In this document: piece after piece, positions 13,055 through 24,981 of the stretch
How the letters are laid out: the number at the start of each line of letters is the position of its first letter
Numbering within the stretch: the stretch's first letter is position 1
Source of the DNA: Camelus dromedarius
Taxonomy: Eukaryota
Direction of reading: 5' to 3'
DNA: 64,000 bases
Assembly (NCBI RefSeq): GCF_036321535.1
Contig: NC_087436.1
Location: 75,828,001 to 75,892,000, forward strand
Notes under the pieces: generated by a model
Seen by the model: only the letters and a program-made list of their open reading frames with translations
The model's database searches: none
What the model was told of the DNA's origin: nothing
Translations under genes and position numbers: made by a program

Positions 13055-14235
13055 TCACTTTTTAATTGAAACTTAACACATGTATAATAAAGTACATTAA
13101 GTATACCAATCTTAAATGTATAGCTTGATGAATTTTTATGTATGTAACCGCCAGGAAATCATCACTTGATTAAATAGAAAAAATTTCCAGCATCCCCCAA
13201 AATGGGTTCCTTTGAGCCCCTTCCTAGTCAATATCTACCCAAAAGGTAACCATTATTCTCGTATCATCATAGATCAATTTTACCTGTTCTTGAATTTCAC
13301 ATAAATAGAATCATACAGTATGTACTCATTTTTGGCTTTTTTTACTCAACATTATATCTGAGGAAGCCACCCATGCTGTTGTATGCATTAGCAATTCATT
13401 CTTGTTTATTGCTGTATAGTATTCTATTACATGAATATTCTAGAATTATTTATTTATTGTCTTGTTGATGGACTTTTAGGCTGTGTCCAGGTTTTAATTA
13501 TTATTAATTAAACTGCTATGAATATTCTTTGTTATATATATATTTTTTATAATGCTATTTTTAATATTCACTTGAACATATTTAAGCCATTACATAGTGT
13601 CATTCTTTCTCTGTATTTACACTCTATTAATATTATAGGTTATATTGTATCTCCCCCCTCCCCAAATTCATACTTGAAGTCCTAACTCCCTGTATCTCAA
13701 GATGTGATGGGATTTGGAAATAAGGTCTTTATTTTTCTTTGTTGTATCTTTTAAAGAGCAAATTCCTGTACTTCTCTTGGGTGTATAGCTAACAGTGGGA
13801 TGGCTAATTCATAGAGTAGATGTATATTTAGAGTTCATAGATATTGCCAAACTGTTTTCTAAAATGGTTATGCCAGTTTATACTCCCACTAGCAATGCGT
13901 GGCGTTCCAGTTGCTCCACATCCTTGCCAACTCTTTGTCATTCTAGTAGGCGTATAGTGATATCTCATTGTGGTTTTAATTTGCATTTCCCTGATAACTA
14001 AGAATGTCAAGTGGCTTTTAATATCCTTGTTAGCCATTTGCATATCCACTTTTGTGAAGTGCCTTTTAAAATCTTTTCCTTATGTTTTTTAATTAGGTGG
14101 ATTGCCTTTTTCTCATTACATTATAGGAGCCCTTAATACTTTCTTGTTAGGAATCCTCTGTCAAATACATGTAATTGGGAATAAATTCTCACAGTCTGGC
14201 TTCTCTTTTCACTCTCTTAATGGTGTCTTCTAACA
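13055..14235 (-). mobile_element. Old L1 (L1MB/MC-type) 3' region with an MLT1 5' fragment at ~13630-13730
   Basis: ORF 13828-14049(-) contains REMQIKTTMRYHYTPTRM, from the L1 ORF2p C-terminus. The MLT1 piece reads ccaaattcatacttgaagtcctaactcc...tttggaaataaggtcttt. Confidence 0.85.
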
Positions 14236-14734
14236 CTCAATCCTTTTCAGGAATTAGGTAATAGATGTATTTTATATGACACATAAAGGAGAGAGCCTAT
14301 CTTACTAAGTTATCAACAAGTACAATGTAATTAAGTTTATATCAATAGCTTCAAATAAAGCCTTTTTCAAATAACCATTTTATTCATTCATGCATACACT
14401 TCAATATTCATCCCAAGTTAATTATGTGCAAGGCACTGTGCCTTGGGTGCAAACATGGCTGAGATTCTTCTTGCCCTCAAGGAACTCCATGAGGTTGCAA
14501 AATAATGTAATAAGAGAAATAGTAGTAGATTTGTGTTCATTTCCATGAGATCAGGCTAGAGTGAATGTACTATGAAGGAGCCCAGTAGGAAGAACATTAA
14601 AGCAATTTCACCAGGGGACATTTGCCTAGACCCTTGAATGAAGAGGAAGGAAGCGTTCACCAAGCAAAGTTTCTGGAAGGAGCACAGAAGGCATGGAGGG
14701 GTCAAATGCAAATACTCTGTTCTTGATAAAGCAC

Positions 14735-15790
14735 TGATTTCCAATATGTGGTTTTCAGACCACCTGCACCAGATTGACCTGGAGTGCTTATGAAAATGGC
14801 AAGCTACTTACTGCCTCTCACCCCAGAACTTCTTTTTCTTTTTCCATTGAAGTATAGTCAGTTTATAATGTTGCATCAGTTTCTGGTGTACAGCATGTTT
14901 TAGTCATACACATATGTACATATATTCCTTTTTATATTCTTTTTCATTATAGGTTACTATAAGATATTGAATATAGTTCCCTGTGCTATACAGTATAAAC
15001 TTGTTTATCTATTTTATATATAGTAGTTAGTAATTGCAAATCTTGAACTCCCAATGTGTCCCTTCCCACTCCCTTTCCCCCCTGGTAACTATAAGTTTGT
15101 GTTCTATGTCTGTGAGTCTATTTTTGTTTTGTAGATAAATTTATTTGTGTCTTTTTTTATTTTAGATTCCACATACAAGAGATATTGTATGGTATTTTTC
15201 TTTATCTTTCTGGCTTACTTCACTTAGAATGACAATCTCCAGGTCCATCCATGTTGCTGCAAATGGCATTATTTTATTTTTTTATTGAAGTATTACAATG
15301 TTGTATTACAGTTTACAATGTTGTGTCAATTTCTGATGTACAGCATAATAGTTCAATCATACATATATTCATTTTCATATGCTTTTTTATGACTAAATAG
15401 TTTTCCATTGTATGAATATACCACAACTTCTTTATCCAGTCATCTGTTGATGGACATTTAGGTTGTTTCCATGTCTTGACTATTGTAAATAGTGTTGCTA
15501 TGAACATTGGAGTGCATATATCTTTTTGAATTAAAGTTCTCTCTGGATATATACCCAGGAGTGGGACTGCTGGATCACATGGTAAGTCTATTTTTAGTTT
15601 TTAAAGGACTCTTCATACTGTTTTCCTTAATGGCTGGACCAAACTATATTCCCATCAATAGTGTAGGAGTCACCCCAGAACTTTTAAATTCAAATTCAAA
15701 TCTTTGGAGGTAGGACTTGATAATCTGTACTTTAAACATGCCCCTAGAGTGGTGGTGATCTTTTTTATACCCTTACATTTGAGAATAACT
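14735..15790. mobile_element. MER5-type DNA transposon split by an L1 insertion (pieces ~14735-14831 and ~15670-15790)
   Basis: The left piece gtgtggttttcagaccacctgcaccagattgacctggag continues after the L1 as caccccagaactt...aatctgtactttaaaca...tttgagaataactg. Confidence 0.7.
14832..15669 (-). mobile_element. Young 5'-truncated L1 with perfect 14-bp TSD; contains a second L1 tail
   Basis: TSD TCACCCCAGAACTT at 14818-14831 and 15670-15683. ORF2p C-terminal remnant MFIATLFTIVKTWKQPKCPSTDDWIKKLWYIHTMENY. Confidence 0.93.
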
Positions 15791-16102
15791 GAACTAGAAC
15801 GTAGGGAAACCAATAAGACACAGGTAATCGTGCCTAGATCCAGGTTATGAAGAGCTGTTCCTTGAATTTCATGCTGAAGAGTTTGGATTAAAGCCAAGTG
15901 GGCAATGTAGGGTTGTTAAAGGAGTGTTTAAAGGGAAAATTTTTTTTAAATCCAGATGAATGATCTTGATAAATTTAGTCCTTTCCACTTCCTAACTGTT
16001 AAAATCATGAAGGGGATTTGTGTGATCTGTTTGATAGTATTTTAACCATGCCTTGAGTATAAGTCAAAGGAGAAAGTAATATTTGTATTCCTTGTTCTAG
16101 AC

Positions 16103-16332
16103 CAGCGATCAGCAAATTTATTCTGTAAAGGGCCAGGCAGTAAACATTTTATGCTTTGCAGGCCACATAGTCTCTGTTATACCTACTCAACTCTTCTCTT
16201 AGCAGGAAAACAGCCAGCTAGCCATAGGAAATACATGAATGAATAGGCGCAACTGAGTTCCCACGAAACATTATTTACAAAATCAGGCAAGCCAGATTTG
16301 GCCCGTGAGAAGCAGTAGTCTGCCCTCGTTAG
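16103..16332 (+). mobile_element. MER58A (hAT-Charlie)
   Basis: cagcaaatttattctgtaaagggccagg...tactcaactc...ccagatttggccc. 8-bp TSD TTCTAGAC (16095-16102) / TTCTAGAT (16333-16340). Confidence 0.88.
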
Positions 16333-16559
16333 TTCTAGATAACCTCACTCAGTCTCGTTAAAGATGTATAATGCAAGGTTTAACTTCAAGAAGTTTAAAC
16401 CATGGTAGCTATCTTCTCCCCCCAAATCACGTTAAATGTTTGTGGTTTTAAATAAATATAAATCTGAAACAAATTAGGAAGAAAAAAATAGTAAAAGCTA
16501 GATTGTGATACATTTTACAAGAAAATGCCCTTGATACTGAAAATGTAATGAGAAATAAG

Positions 16560-16940
16560 GGGGAAAGTGGGGAGACTGTTTTAGTCTGGATTTTTTTTTT
16601 TAATTGAGACTTTACAACCAAATATAATGCATGAAGCTTGATTGGATTCTGCATCAAAAAAGGAAAAACAGCTATAATGAATACTGGGCATTTGGGGGAA
16701 ATTTGAATATGATCTACATATTAGATGATATTAAATAATTATTAAACATCTTAGATGTGACAATGATGTTGCAGATATGTAGAGAACGTCTTTGTTCTTA
16801 GAGATATTTAAGGATTTAGGAATTAGAGTGTTGCGAAAATGGTTCAACAAAAACAGAGAGAATAAGGCAAAAATCTTAACAACTGTGAAATCTAGGTATA
16901 GAAATTTCAGTACTGCTCTTTCAACTTTCCTGTGGCTCTG
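16560..16940 (+). mobile_element. Old L1 3' UTR fragment
   Basis: ttgattggattctg...ttgggggaaatttgaatatg...tactgctctttcaactttcctg. Confidence 0.65.
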
Positions 16941-16944
16941 ACTT

Positions 16945-17033
16945 TTTTTTTTTTAACATTTTTTTATTGATTTATAATCATTTTACAATGTTGTGTCAAA
17001 TTCCAGTGTTCAGCACAATTATTCAGTCATACA
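16945..17033 (-). mobile_element. ~90-bp young L1 3' tail
   Basis: Same 3' sequence as 1771-2110. TSD TGGCTCTGACTT (16933-16944) / TGGCCCTGACTT (17034-17045). Confidence 0.88.
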
Positions 17034-17897
17034 TGGCCCTGACTTATTTAAAAAGTAAAATTGGGGGAGATAAATATTGTAGAGTTCAAGATATAGGACA
17101 CTATTTTCTCCTTTGGAAATGCAGAAGAGGACTGGTCTACATCAAAAACAAAGTTAATATGGTATTAGAATTCTACCATCAAGTAATGGAAGGCCTCATA
17201 GGCACCATCATTTTTAAGCCTGGAGTTGCATTTGTAACTTTTGGCTCTAATTTACCACATTCCCACTCCAACCCCCATCCACTTTTGTTTTCTCTCCCCC
17301 ACCCCACCCCTGATGTTGCTGGAGGGAGGGGCGTGAAAAAATCCACATTCCACCAGAGCACATGACATGTGGTGAAACTGTGGACTGTCGTCGTGTTCAC
17401 AGCACTGCCGCACATCCTTCCTGGTGAGGGTGTCCCACCGTGTGGCACAGACTTTGTCGCTGTTGACACTTTGAGTCCCTTCTGTGTGGAGTGTGGGAAG
17501 TTGATCAGGATGAGAGGAGGGAGGCAGAACGGCCAAAGGCGGCAGGATCATCTGTTTCCACAGTTCCCCTCTGTCCCCAGCTTGGAGTCCTAGCTCTTTT
17601 ATCTCCCTGTTCTTTCTGGCACAGCCCTGACTCCTCTGGGGGTCATTTCCGGAGTGGAACCAGGGCTCTGTCCCTGCGTCTCTCTGTTTCCTTCCCTTTC
17701 CCCTCAGCAGTTACAGAGCCTTGCGTTTGAGAATTACTCCGTGGTGGACAGGCTGGTTGGCAGTGGCAAATAACTAAATTAAAACCTTAGGAAACATAAC
17801 ACTAATTTGGGCAGCTGTATAAATTTATCCTGAAAATGTATATTTCTCTATATAAGACATAAAAGGAAAGACAAGTGGGGAGCTATTTAAAAATAAC

Positions 17898-17970
17898 ATA
17901 GCTGAATCACTATGCTGTGCACGAGAGGCTAACACAACATTATAAACCGACTATACTTCCATTAAAAAAA
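17898..17970 (+). mobile_element. Short L1 3' tail
   Basis: gctgaatcactatgctgtgcac...aacacaacattataaaccgactatacttcc followed by an A-run. Confidence 0.75.
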
Positions 17971-18029
17971 TTTTTTTAAAAAGGATATAGCTAACGATGA
18001 CAACCACAGAAGCATCATGCCTATGAAAA

Positions 18030-18180
18030 AGCATGAGCTTTGGCATTCAGTGAACTTGGGCTTGAATCTCTGCTATGCCGCTGACTGGCAGGATGATCCT
18101 GGACAAATTACTTCTCTGAACCTCAACTTCTTTATCTCTAAAATGGAACAAATAACACCTACTTTTTGTTCGGATAAAAT
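18030..18180 (+). mobile_element. MIR SINE
   Basis: ggacaaattacttctctgaacctcaacttctttatctctaaaatgg. Confidence 0.75.
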
Positions 18181-20349
18181 GTTGCAATATAATCTCTCTT
18201 CTTGGCTGAGAAGCTTCTAGATGTCTGAACATTGATCTAGTATAATTGCTGGTTCGGGCTACAGTGGTCCTTTCTATTCCACCACCATGACCAAGTACAC
18301 AGCCAGCCTGGGAAAAAGGGGGGAGGGGAATACGTTCCCCCAGGGCAGAGCCCGAAGCCCTTCTTTGAAGTGTTTAGGATTCAAATGCATCCTGATACAA
18401 GCGTTTCTCAAAAATTTAAAGTGAAGACAATCACCTGGGGCTCACGTTAAAGTGCAGATTTTTATTCCTTAAATCCGGAGTAGGGCCGGAGTTCTGAACT
18501 TTTCATCACGCTCCCAGGAGTGATGCTGCCACAAACCACAGGTCCAGGAGAAGACCCCAGGGTGTGCACTGAGGATGGGGCACCTCCCAGCCTGAGTCCA
18601 CTAGGCTTCTTCTAATCCGTCTTCATTCTCATTCTCATTCTGGGGCAGCAACTCATTTTACATATCCATTTTTAGTTTTCTTTCCATTAAACATGATGTT
18701 CTTTTCACCATGATTTAATGAAGTAAAACTCCTTTTCAAAAGGGACTAAAACAACATGGTTAGCTGCCAGTGGAAACCTCACTAAAGAATTAAATAAGAC
18801 CGTGGGCTTCTCCACAAAGCACGAAAGAACAGTTTTGCTGTGGAAAGTCAGGAATGAGAGAGGAAGTTTGGCAAACAAGTGCCCCGTGTGCAACCTTGAC
18901 CCTGGGGCCCCCAGGGTTGGCATGAGACCCACAGTCTCTCACAATTTTTAAAGTGATAAAAGGGGAAAGCAAGGCTGCAGAGAGATGAATCCCTGAACCT
19001 GGGCTTTTAGGCCTTTTTCTTCACTTCCCTCTCCAGCCTGCAAGTCAGTACACGCACAGCCTTCCCTCCAGGTGTGCAGAGGCTGGTCCTGTGGGAGCGG
19101 CTGGGGGCCCAGGACTTGCCCAGCAGGTTCTGGCCCATTCAAGATCTCCCTTTGTGAGTCCTGGTAGCTCACAGGGCCTGGAAATTTTTAAACAGCTTAA
19201 TTTAGCATATGTTTAATATCAATGAGTTATTAAGGAAAAGAGTTGGCTAAATTTCTTTTCTACAATCACTGAAATAGTTTTGAGGTTTTTTAAAAAAAAA
19301 TGAACCAAAGCAACAAACACTCACAGAGAGTCCATTAAAAGCCAAGAATTAGGTTAAACACTGTGGAAAATCAAGTTTAATGAGACACTCCACTGCCTTA
19401 AGGGGTTTTAATATTACTAACGGAGATAGACAAACACATTTTAAAAGCCACAAGACATGAAGAAATGCTGTAACAGTGAAACAAGTACGGAGGCACAATT
19501 AACCAGAGATTGGAATAATAGAGTCCATTAAAATATAGCCTGTATTTGCCCAGTGAGCGCCACATGGCCTGTTACATAAATGCATAGATACTGCAGGACC
19601 GATGAACCGAGTGTGAATGAGTCAGTGAATGCAGAACAAGACCTTAATTTCTTAGAAAATGACACCCATTTTTTCCCCTGTTTTTCTTTTCCTTTTTCTG
19701 AACTAATTATCATCTGTTAGCCTCACATCCCACACAGCCCGTAAGTACACTGCTTTCTATCCTCTTGACTGATAGCAGCTAGTCCTCAGAGTGCAGATCA
19801 CCACTCGCCCTGCCTTTAATGGGCTTTGGCGGGGTGGTGCCAACTGTATATTGGTAGCTATATATTCCCCCTAGATGTTAGCAGATATCCTGAGAACAGT
19901 CCTTGAACTTTGGAAACAATTATTGCCAGTTTTCTCATTAAAGAAAACAAGAGGAGGAGGAGGAAGAAAAGGAGACACCGTGGAGAAGTTGCAATGACAG
20001 CAAAGGACTGACCCTTTCTGGAACATACAGTTACCCAGCATCCTGCCTAGTGGCTGGTTATACCTCAGAGCAATGTGGGGCTGAATGAGGCCAAAGGCTG
20101 GTGGGAGTTCCGGTGGGAGGGTGCTTGACTGCAGGTCCTGCTCAGTTGCCCCTCACTTTAATAGTATCTTCTACTCAGCAGACTGCTCTTCTAGGTATGG
20201 AAAACTGGGAAATAAAAACTGTTAGACTCTACAACTCTAGCCCAGAGTTTAAACACTGCTCTATTCAATTAGCCTTTATAGAATGACTATTAAATGTCTA
20301 CTCTCTAAACCTGTTAATGGTCTTTTTTTCCCTTTGGTTCTCTCTATGT

Positions 20350-20535
20350 ATTTTTATTGAAGTATAGTCAGTTTACAATGTGTCAATTTCTGGTGTACAG
20401 TATAATGTTTCAGTCATATATGAACAACATATATTTGTTTTCATATTCTTTTTCACCGTAAGTTATTACAAGATATTGAATATAGTCCCCTGTGCTATAC
20501 AGTATAAACTTCTTGTTTATCTACTTTATATGTTG
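20350..20535 (-). mobile_element. Young L1 3' end
   Basis: ttttattgaagtatagtcagtttacaatgtgtcaatttctggtgtacag...gtgctatacagtataaac. Confidence 0.85.
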
Positions 20536-20569
20536 ATTATCTTTTATGGTGACACTGTGTGATCAGCAA

Positions 20570-21353
20570 CAGTGTATAAGGAAAATTTGTGAAAGATTTT
20601 GAAATGGGCAAATTAAAAAAAAAAAAGTTAGATTTCCAGGTGTCTTTTTAATGGAATATTAAGTGTTGTCGAGTGAGCCCACCTTTCAGAGTTTATCCCA
20701 TTCTGTAGGGTCTGAGCTATTTTACAACTTCTGTAAGTTGTAGACAATTGATAGTGATGCCAACAATTCCTGTTCACAGAAATGCAACTTTGTCAAGGTG
20801 AATGTACTATCAGTTCCACCATATGGAAGAGGCCAGTTTTGCCTCTATTGTCAAATTTATTTCAGTGCTCCTGATTGCCTATATGTGTATCTGTTCTTCG
20901 AAGTCTCCTTTGAACTGGCTTTTACATCTTACTGGTTCCCTCATTAATTAATGAGATAAAGAAAATATATGACACATATCCATTTTATATTTGTATGGAA
21001 GTCATGAAATTGTTTCTTTTTGAAAAAATTATCCTTTAAAAGAAAATATATGACACATATCCATTTTATATTTGTATGGAAGTCATGATATTTTTCTTTT
21101 TGAAAAAATTATCCTTTACCATCAGATATTCATGCCTTAATGGCAATGGAGAAAAAATAGATCAAATGCAAGTCTGTAATTATGAGAGTGTTTTGTATGC
21201 AAAATGACTATTAAAACTTTATCCCCTGGAGCTGATAACTTTAAATATACATGTTCAAGTGTGATTGTTCTAAGTCAGAGAACAAATTGGCATCTTTACA
21301 TCTTTTTTTCTTCCTCAGTGGTTATCAGTGGGAATTCTTTGCAATATCATTGG
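20570..21353. mobile_element. Possible ancient hAT (Blackjack-like) transposon remnant
   Basis: The AT-rich segment with catcttactggttccctcattaattaatgagataaag resembles a recalled hAT-Blackjack consensus. No transposase frame could be recovered, so the call is weak. Confidence 0.3.
20958..21118. repeat. Direct tandem duplication, two units of 81 and 80 bp
   Basis: Units 20958-21038 and 21039-21118 are identical except tgaaattgtttc vs tgatatttttc. Confidence 0.95.
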
Positions 21354-21906
21354 TGTAGGGGAAGAAAAATTTTTCCTGTACTCTCTTATTGTAAGTGCCT
21401 GGGGCTTGCAAATTAAACTGACAAAAGCTAGATTAAGAGGAGAAAACATTTATTCTGTATGCACATGTGGTTTTCGCAGGAAAAAGAAGTGAAAACCAAA
21501 AGAGGTGGTTAGACCTGAAAGCTTATATACCATTTTAACAAAGCGTGTTAAATTTTGGAACAGTGTCAACACAAAGTAGAGGGTTTGGGGCTTCCAGGGA
21601 TGGTAAATTGTGGAAAGGTAATATATGGGGAAATCTAATGGAAGTTAAGGGTTACTTTAGTAAGCTTTGTTTATGCAGACTCATCTCAGTTCTGACTTTC
21701 TGTTTCCTGTGGTGAGGATTGTTCTCCTCCTGGTGCTGGAGACGGGAAGGGCACACCTTCCCAAAGGGGATTATACGTCTTGCTTTAACTCAGAAACAGG
21801 GAGGATTGAGATTTCCTCCTGTGTCTATTTCTTAATTGCCTTCAGCTCAAAATAATCCTTATGCTAAAGCAGCATACTTTGAGGTAGCATCTTCTAATCC
21901 CTTTCA
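21354..21906 (-). mobile_element. ERV1 solo LTR, MER34-like
   Basis: The minus strand begins TGAAAGGGATTAGAAGATGCTACCTCAAAGTATGCTGCTTTAGCATAAGGATTATTTTGAGCTGAAGGCAATT and ends CCCCTACA (TG...CA). Flanks TTGG/TTGA fit a 4-bp TSD with one mismatch. Confidence 0.82.
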
Positions 21907-22259
21907 TTGACACCAAGTTGATGGCTTTCCTTATGCCACCTCCCTGATACTGGTACAACAGATACATTATTTCTCTTGATATAGTCACTGATGATCCCCT
22001 TTAAAGAGCTCAGAGCCAGGTCTGGATTTCTGTGTGGCTGGTCTGCCTTCTTTTATTTTCTCATCACATTTAGTTCCCAAGACTTCTTATCATTAGGCAA
22101 CCACAAAAGAGAATCTAGATTGGATCAGAACTGTTGCTTTAGCCAAAATAATTAAAGTTATAATCTGTTCAATCCCCAGAGGATTTGGAGAATGATAGAA
22201 GAACCAACCCTATTTCATTTTTGATGTACGTACAGCAGTTCTAACATGTTATGTGCTTA

Positions 22260-22600
22260 ATTGCTATTCTGTGCTGCACCTCCATGTACTAATATGGCGT
22301 GAGCTCTGATAGAGTGACTGAGAAAAAGCAAGATGCGGAACTGGATATACAATATGCTACCTGGTGTGTAAAATAGGGAGGAAGACCAGAATCTGTATTA
22401 GAATTTGCTTGTATATCAAAGAAAAGAATTTGTAAGGATACATTTTAAAACTAAGAAAAGATGGGAACAAAACTGGATATTCGGGAGGCAAGGATGAAAG
22501 GGAGATTTTTAGACTACATACCAGTGTATGCTTTCTGCTTTTTGAACTTTGTGACTGTATTACTGATTTTTAAAAATTAAACATTTTCTCAAAAAACTGA
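22260..22600 (+). mobile_element. Old L1ME-like 3' fragment
   Basis: gactgagaaaaagcaagatgc...tttttgaactttgtgactgtattact. Confidence 0.55.
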
Positions 22601-23574
22601 AAAAAATGTTAAGTATAATGTCGTTCATGAGGCTTTTCTTAAGTTCCAGCTTCAACAACATGTTAAAAGAATGAATATTGAGATAAAGTGTGAACTATAA
22701 AATTAAGAGTGTGTAAGATTTGTATGTATTCTATATCCCAGAATAATCCATCAGGACAAAAGCCTGAGAGGCCAGGTACTCCAAACAGATGACCCCTAGC
22801 ACCCTGAGTTCACAGTCACTACTGTGCAATAACAATATTATATAAAGCCTTTAATTTGCAAGCATGACGGGTTTAGAGGATGAGAGAATTCATGTCTGAG
22901 AGGAAAAATAAGAAAAATTGCAAACAGAAGACTAACACTTGACATTCTTCTTCCCTACTCCCCTGTTCTAAATCTCAAAAGAAAGACCTACGTTTCCAGG
23001 GGACCTCTGGTAATATTTATATAGATGTTTAAGAGCCCTCAAACACTTTAGTTACAGTTGGAGGTACACTTAAACTATATTTTAAGATGTTTGGGAGCTT
23101 ATCAAGTTTTCAGTCTGCATTGGAAGTGCATGGTGCTTGGGTCAAAGTATTTGCACGGGGTTACATAAAAATCTTACAAAACAAGATACCTCCCACTTTG
23201 TAACATTACTGGAATCTTTGATTCACACAGGGCTGGTTAACACCTGTAAGGAAGGCCCTAAGCATGGAGCTACTCCTGACCCTAGGACCCAACCCAACCC
23301 CTACATTCATCCAAGTAAAAGCAACACTAAAACAGAAAATAAATATCAGAAAGGCTGGCAAATTTTTTATTTTTCCTAAGATGACCATTCTAATGCCATG
23401 TTAAAAATATAAAATGTCTCAAAACATTTTCTTTTCTATATTATCAGAGGGAAGTGCCCCGTTTTGTGAATGCCTTCAGTATGTGCTTAGTTTGTGTGCG
23501 GGGTAATCCAACAATCGAGTTGCTCTATGTTATTACAGTCGAAGCAGTATTTTACAGATGTTAACAGCATAGAC

Positions 23575-23970
23575 ATATTCAAGGAGGTGAGACGGAATCC
23601 TAGCTCCACTATTTACTAATTAATAACCTTAGGCAAGTCAGTTCGTTTTTCTGACGCTCAACTTCCTCATCTTTCAAATGTTCAAAATGATACCCACCTC
23701 TCAGGCATCCGTGAGAGGTAAGACTTGAGACGTGAGAAGTAACACTTATGCTTGCTGTCCATCCACCAAGTCCTGCTCTGAGTGCTTTAACTATAACAAG
23801 TCATTTAATTATCAAAATGACATTAGGAGTTAGGTGCTCATGTCAAATCTGAGAGAGCTAAGGGACATTGAATAATTCCCCACAGCCACACAGCTGGCAA
23901 GTGGCTGAGCCAGGATTTATACCGAGGCAGGCTAGATCCGGAATTTACGCTCGTAACCACCAGGGAATAC
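23575..23970. mobile_element. Two MIRs in opposite orientation (+ ~23575-23745; - ~23760-23970)
   Basis: aatcctagctccactatttact...ccttaggcaagtca, then cacagctggcaagtggctgagccaggattt. Confidence 0.75.
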
Positions 23971-24079
23971 TGATAATGCTTCTGACGTTAGAGTATCCCA
24001 GTCACAGAGCCTGGATGTGCTGACAGAGACGAAAGTAACAGTGGATTATATAAGACAGACAGCTTGTGTATCGGCATTC

Positions 24080-24332
24080 AAGGCAAGGACCCAGGCTCCT
24101 TCTATATTTGCTTTCTTCTATCTCGACAGAGCTGCCTTCGTCCACCTGGTCCAGGATGATTCATCACTATATACACTTTCCACTTGGCAAGGGGGGTGAA
24201 GGGGACGAGCAGGCATGTGTCTTCCCTTTAACAGCATCACTCTGAAGTTGCAAGTTTCACTGTAGCAAACTTCCAGTTGCCTAGCATATGGTCATACAGA
24301 CACATCCAACTGCAAAAGAGCCTACAAATGTA
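24080..24332 (-). mobile_element. MLT1J/K-like LTR fragment
   Basis: ggacccaggctccttctat...ggtcatacagacacatccaactgcaaaagagcctacaaatgtag. Confidence 0.65.
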
Positions 24333-24337
24333 GAGAG

Positions 24338-24378
<41 letters not shown>

Positions 24379-24395
24379 AAGAGAGAGAAAGAAAG
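24332..24395. repeat. (GA)n / GAAA microsatellite
   Basis: Read directly. Confidence 0.95.
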
Positions 24396-24654
24396 TAAAT
24401 GAGGCAACATGTAGAGAATCTGGGTAAAGGGTATACTGGTATTATCTATACTGTTACTGCAATTTTTCTGTATGTTCAGTTACAAAGTAAAAGGTTTTAA
24501 AAAGTCTATTCAGATGGAGTAAAAAGAATATCAACTCCTTAGGGAGAACAGATATGCCAGGCCTTATGCTAAGTACTTGTGGCAAAAACTGCAATTTTCC
24601 CTATATCTATCCTTCCTTTCTTCTGAAAGTAACATAGTCCTGATCTGGGCAGGG

Positions 24655-24769
24655 AGGGCAGGGAGAGGACAAATCCTACCACTTGCTTAATAAATGAAGT
24701 TCATTGGAACGCAGCCATTTGTGTGTGTGTGTATGTATTTAAAATAAATAGTTTTTCCAACCAATAGTC

Positions 24770-24800
<31 letters not shown>

Positions 24801-24909
24801 GACTGCTTTTTTGATACAATGATAAGTAGTTGCCACCAAGACCATCTGGTCTACAAAGCAGAAAATATTTATTGTCTGGCCCTTTACAGAAACAGTTTGC
24901 TGACTCCTG
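24655..24909 (-). mobile_element. MER58A with internal (TG)n, a 38-bp insert and (TA)n
   Basis: cattggaacgcagccat...aaaatatttattgtctggccctttacagaaacagtttgctgactcctg. Confidence 0.8.
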
Positions 24910-24947
24910 CTGTAAACTAGTAGGTCTCAAACTCTAACAGGCATTAG

Positions 24948-24949
<2 letters not shown>

Positions 24950-24980
<31 letters not shown>
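24950..24980. repeat. (CA)n microsatellite
   Basis: Read directly; about 15 units. Confidence 0.95.

Positions 24981-24981
<1 letters not shown>

Noticed and set aside
13828..15507. ORFs with real protein similarity (13828-14049 and 15313-15507; also 45815-46012)
   Set aside because: They are fragments of L1 ORF2p/ORF1p in truncated fossils, not genes.
20958..21118. CRISPR-like or minisatellite array
   Set aside because: Only two adjacent units, no spacers, in eukaryotic DNA.
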